Below, one piece after another: positions 61,708-64,000 of a DNA stretch of 64,000 bases. Position numbers and translations under genes: made by a program. Each line of letters starts with the position of its first letter. Position 1 is the stretch's first letter. Under the pieces are notes generated by a model. The model was not told the DNA's origin. It ran no database searches and was given only the letters and a program-made list of their open reading frames with translations. This DNA is from an uncultured bacterium. GTDB taxonomy: Bacteria; UBP6; UBA1177. Location of the stretch: positions 155 through 64,154 of the forward strand of contig CAJOFY010000003.1 of the NCBI GenBank assembly GCA_905233945.1, read 5' to 3'.

Positions 61708-62772
61708 TTAAATGTTCCCTAAAGTTCTAAGAATATTTAAAGTCCTTTCAATCCCTTCTTTAATCGCGTAACGAGGTTCCCATCCCAGTTTCTTAAGTTT
61801 GCTGCCGTCAAGCAGAGCTTTTGTGGCTTTGCTGTATCCGACCGCTTCGACTGCATCAGGAATCTCGAACACGACGTTTTTCCCTGCATGCTCCGCAATT
61901 ATTCCGGCAAGATCCTTAAGCATGATGTCGGATGCTTTGTCGGCAATGTTATATGCCTCTCCGTTTTCGCCTTTCAAAAGCAGGAACAGGAATCCGGATA
62001 TTGCATCAGCCATATATGTGTAGGAATAATTCTGAGTGCCGGCCGACTTCAAAACGATATCTTCACCGGCAACACCTTTCTTTATGAACTGGCTTATCGC
62101 TTTTGTATCGCTCATAAGCATTGTCGGCCCGTAAGAACGCGTGAAGCGCGCAATTACAACATCAAGACCTTTCTGAAGTTTATATGCCTGACAAAGAGCT
62201 TCACCGCAGCGTTTGCTTTCAGGATAACCCGCTCTAAGCGTGTTGGAATCGATATATCCGCAGTAGTGCTCGTCAAACATTTCAACATCACCGCGGTTTT
62301 CACCATAAACTTCATTGGAAGATGCAAAAACAAATCTGGCGGCATTGTGAGCAACTGCAAAATCAAGCATATTCTGAAGCCCGAGGATATTTGTGATTAT
62401 AGTTCCGACAGGATCTGTCGCATACTGCACAGGATGAGTGTTTGAAGCAAGATGAAGGAGATAATCAACATTTCCGAGATCATCTCTGACAAAAGGTTTA
62501 TTGATGTCATGTGGAATAAAAACCAGATTTTTGTCGCCCCACCATTTGGAAAAACGCTCTTTAGCCTTTTCCTGCGTGCGGCCTAAAGCATAAACAGTGC
62601 AGTTGAGCCCTTCAGTATTTTTCTGCATGACAACATCAACAAAAAAACTGCCGAGAAGACCGGTAGCACCTGACAAAAGAACAGACTTGTTCTGAAGTTT
62701 TTCCCAAGGTAATGGTAAAATCGAAGCATTTTTAACATCATCAAGATATAATTTATTTGCATAGAGAGACAT
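61708..62772 (-). CDS. NAD-dependent epimerase/dehydratase (probable partner reductase of a CDP-polyol pathway)
   Basis: SGATGLLG, SSNEVYG, YPESK; adjacent to an IspD/TarI-family gene. Confidence 0.85.
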   Translation of the reverse strand: MSLYANKLYLDDVKNASILPLPWEKLQNKSVLLSGATGLLGSFFVDVVMQKNTEGLNCTVYALGRTQEKAKERFSKWWGDKNLVFIPHDINKPFVRDDLGNVDYLLHLASNTHPVQYATDPVGTIITNILGLQNMLDFAVAHNAARFVFASSNEVYGENRGDVEMFDEHYCGYIDSNTLRAGYPESKRCGEALCQAYKLQKGLDVVIARFTRSYGPTMLMSDTKAISQFIKKGVAGEDIVLKSAGTQNYSYTYMADAISGFLFLLLKGENGEAYNIADKASDIMLKDLAGIIAEHAGKNVVFEIPDAVEAVGYSKATKALLDGSKLKKLGWEPRYAIKEGIERTLNILRTLGNI

Positions 62773-62782
62773 TAGGACCTCG

Positions 62783-63499
62783 TTATTTCAACCAATTATC
62801 CTTATCCGACTTAAGATATGCTTTGAACATTTCCAAATCGTCTTTCGTAGTCAGCTTTATGTTTTTGTCAGACCCTGCCGCGAAATAGAGACGCTCGCCC
62901 AATTCGACCATCATGGTGTTGGTATAAGATGAACCGTAAATACCGACACCTTCAGCAAACGCTTTTTTGTAACCCCAAAGCAGTTTTCCAAACTTGTATG
63001 CCTGAGGTGTTGAGACTCTGCGCAATGTTTCACGCGGAATATATTTCACCGTGCTGATTTCATCGTCAACCACAAAAATCTGCTCATTGTAAGGCAGTGA
63101 AGTGACAGCATTCCCATATTGCTGAGCTTTTAAAATAACATCAGTGAGGACGGTTTCATCAACAAGAGGTCTGATTCCGTCATGAATAATAACAATATCA
63201 TCTGCAGAATATTTGCATTCAAGGTTGTACACACCGTTACGGATTGATTCCTGACCAGTATTTCCACCGGAAACTACCCATTTCAGCTTGGAGATATTGA
63301 ATTGTTTGGCATAAGCCCAAAGAACATCGTGCCAGCCGTCAATACAGACAACTTCTATTGCATCTATCTGCGGATGTTTCTGAAAACCTTCCAAAGTGTA
63401 GATAAGAACAGGTTTGTCGTACACATTAATAAACTGTTTGGGAATATCCTGCCCCATTCTGCTCCCAGAACCACCGGCAATAATTATTGCGACATTCAT
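62783..63499 (-). CDS. IspD/TarI family cytidylyltransferase
   Basis: IIAGGSGSRMG..PKQF, IHDGIRP, TPQ, NIKLTT. Confidence 0.9.
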   Translation of the reverse strand: MNVAIIIAGGSGSRMGQDIPKQFINVYDKPVLIYTLEGFQKHPQIDAIEVVCIDGWHDVLWAYAKQFNISKLKWVVSGGNTGQESIRNGVYNLECKYSADDIVIIHDGIRPLVDETVLTDVILKAQQYGNAVTSLPYNEQIFVVDDEISTVKYIPRETLRRVSTPQAYKFGKLLWGYKKAFAEGVGIYGSSYTNTMMVELGERLYFAAGSDKNIKLTTKDDLEMFKAYLKSDKDNWLK

Positions 63500-63514
63500 T
63501 TTTTTACAGTCTCC

Positions 63515-64000
63515 TTATTTATTCAAACCAAGTAAACTTTTGATAAAATTCCGAAATTTTTTAGGAATCATGTGAATCAATATCTGCATATAATCCCTTC
63601 GCAAAATCAAAGGAAAATAAGCCGCCTTGTTTTGAGGGATCCTCCAGTCTTTTCCGTACAACATTATTAAAATTTTTTCATATTCTTGCGGAACGGAAAA
63701 GGATTCTCCAATAAAATTAATGACTTTCAAGTCATCGACAAATGAATTCGGGATTTTTGCTCCTGCCAAATAATATTTATTTTTTCCGGCACTTTGCACA
63801 ATATCGACATCTATGTAAACTCCTTGGCGTAAAAAAGAATATAAAACTCTTTTTTCCCCGGCATAATAACGGATAAACAAAAAACCTTCCTCTTGTAAAT
63901 TCGGAATCATGTTCAACAATTCTTTTTCACACTTGGATATTATATCAATATCTGTATCATTTTTGATAAAATTTTGTTCCCTTATTGCTCCCAATAAAGT
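63515..64000 (-). CDS. LicD family phosphotransferase (5' truncated)
   Basis: LGAIRE..FI..D.DID and YGKDWRIP. Confidence 0.85.
   Translation of the reverse strand, partial: TLLGAIREQNFIKNDTDIDIISKCEKELLNMIPNLQEEGFLFIRYYAGEKRVLYSFLRQGVYIDVDIVQSAGKNKYYLAGAKIPNSFVDDLKVINFIGESFSVPQEYEKILIMLYGKDWRIPQNKAAYFPLILRRDYMQILIHMIPKKFRNFIKSLLGLNK

Noticed and set aside
63026-63041. TGTTTCACGCGGAATA, parS-like
   Set aside because: It has three mismatches to the local consensus and is explained by the IspD-family peptide IPRETL.

Overview
This is a 64-kb chromosomal window from a diderm bacterium and appears to span the replication origin. It holds dnaA-dnaN-recF on the minus strand, with DnaA-box-like motifs in the dnaA-dnaN spacer, and a separate mnmE-mnmG-rsmG cluster. 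Seven parS-type palindromes (TGTTTCACGTGAAACA) are present, six of them inside genes where they encode VSRET-like peptides. Housekeeping genes include mutS, prs, plsX, rpmF, ttcA, pgi, galE, tkt, msrA, ahcY, glyA, nrdR and tRNA-Asn. Accessory content includes many lipoproteins with acidic tethers and Cys-rich or DUF1566 domains, a two-gene islet (tandem AAA ATPase plus a DUF7662/HNH-like/LRR fusion; the best candidate for an undescribed defence system), and a frameshifted YafQ-type toxin-antitoxin module bracketed by a duplicated gene end. Also present are a HEAT-repeat protein paired with a degenerate HD-GYP protein next to oriC, a steroid 5-alpha-reductase homologue, a CRR6-like protein and the end of a LicD/TarI polysaccharide locus. 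No CRISPR array, rRNA, transposase, integrase or reverse transcriptase was seen. All family calls are by-eye motif recognition, not database searches.
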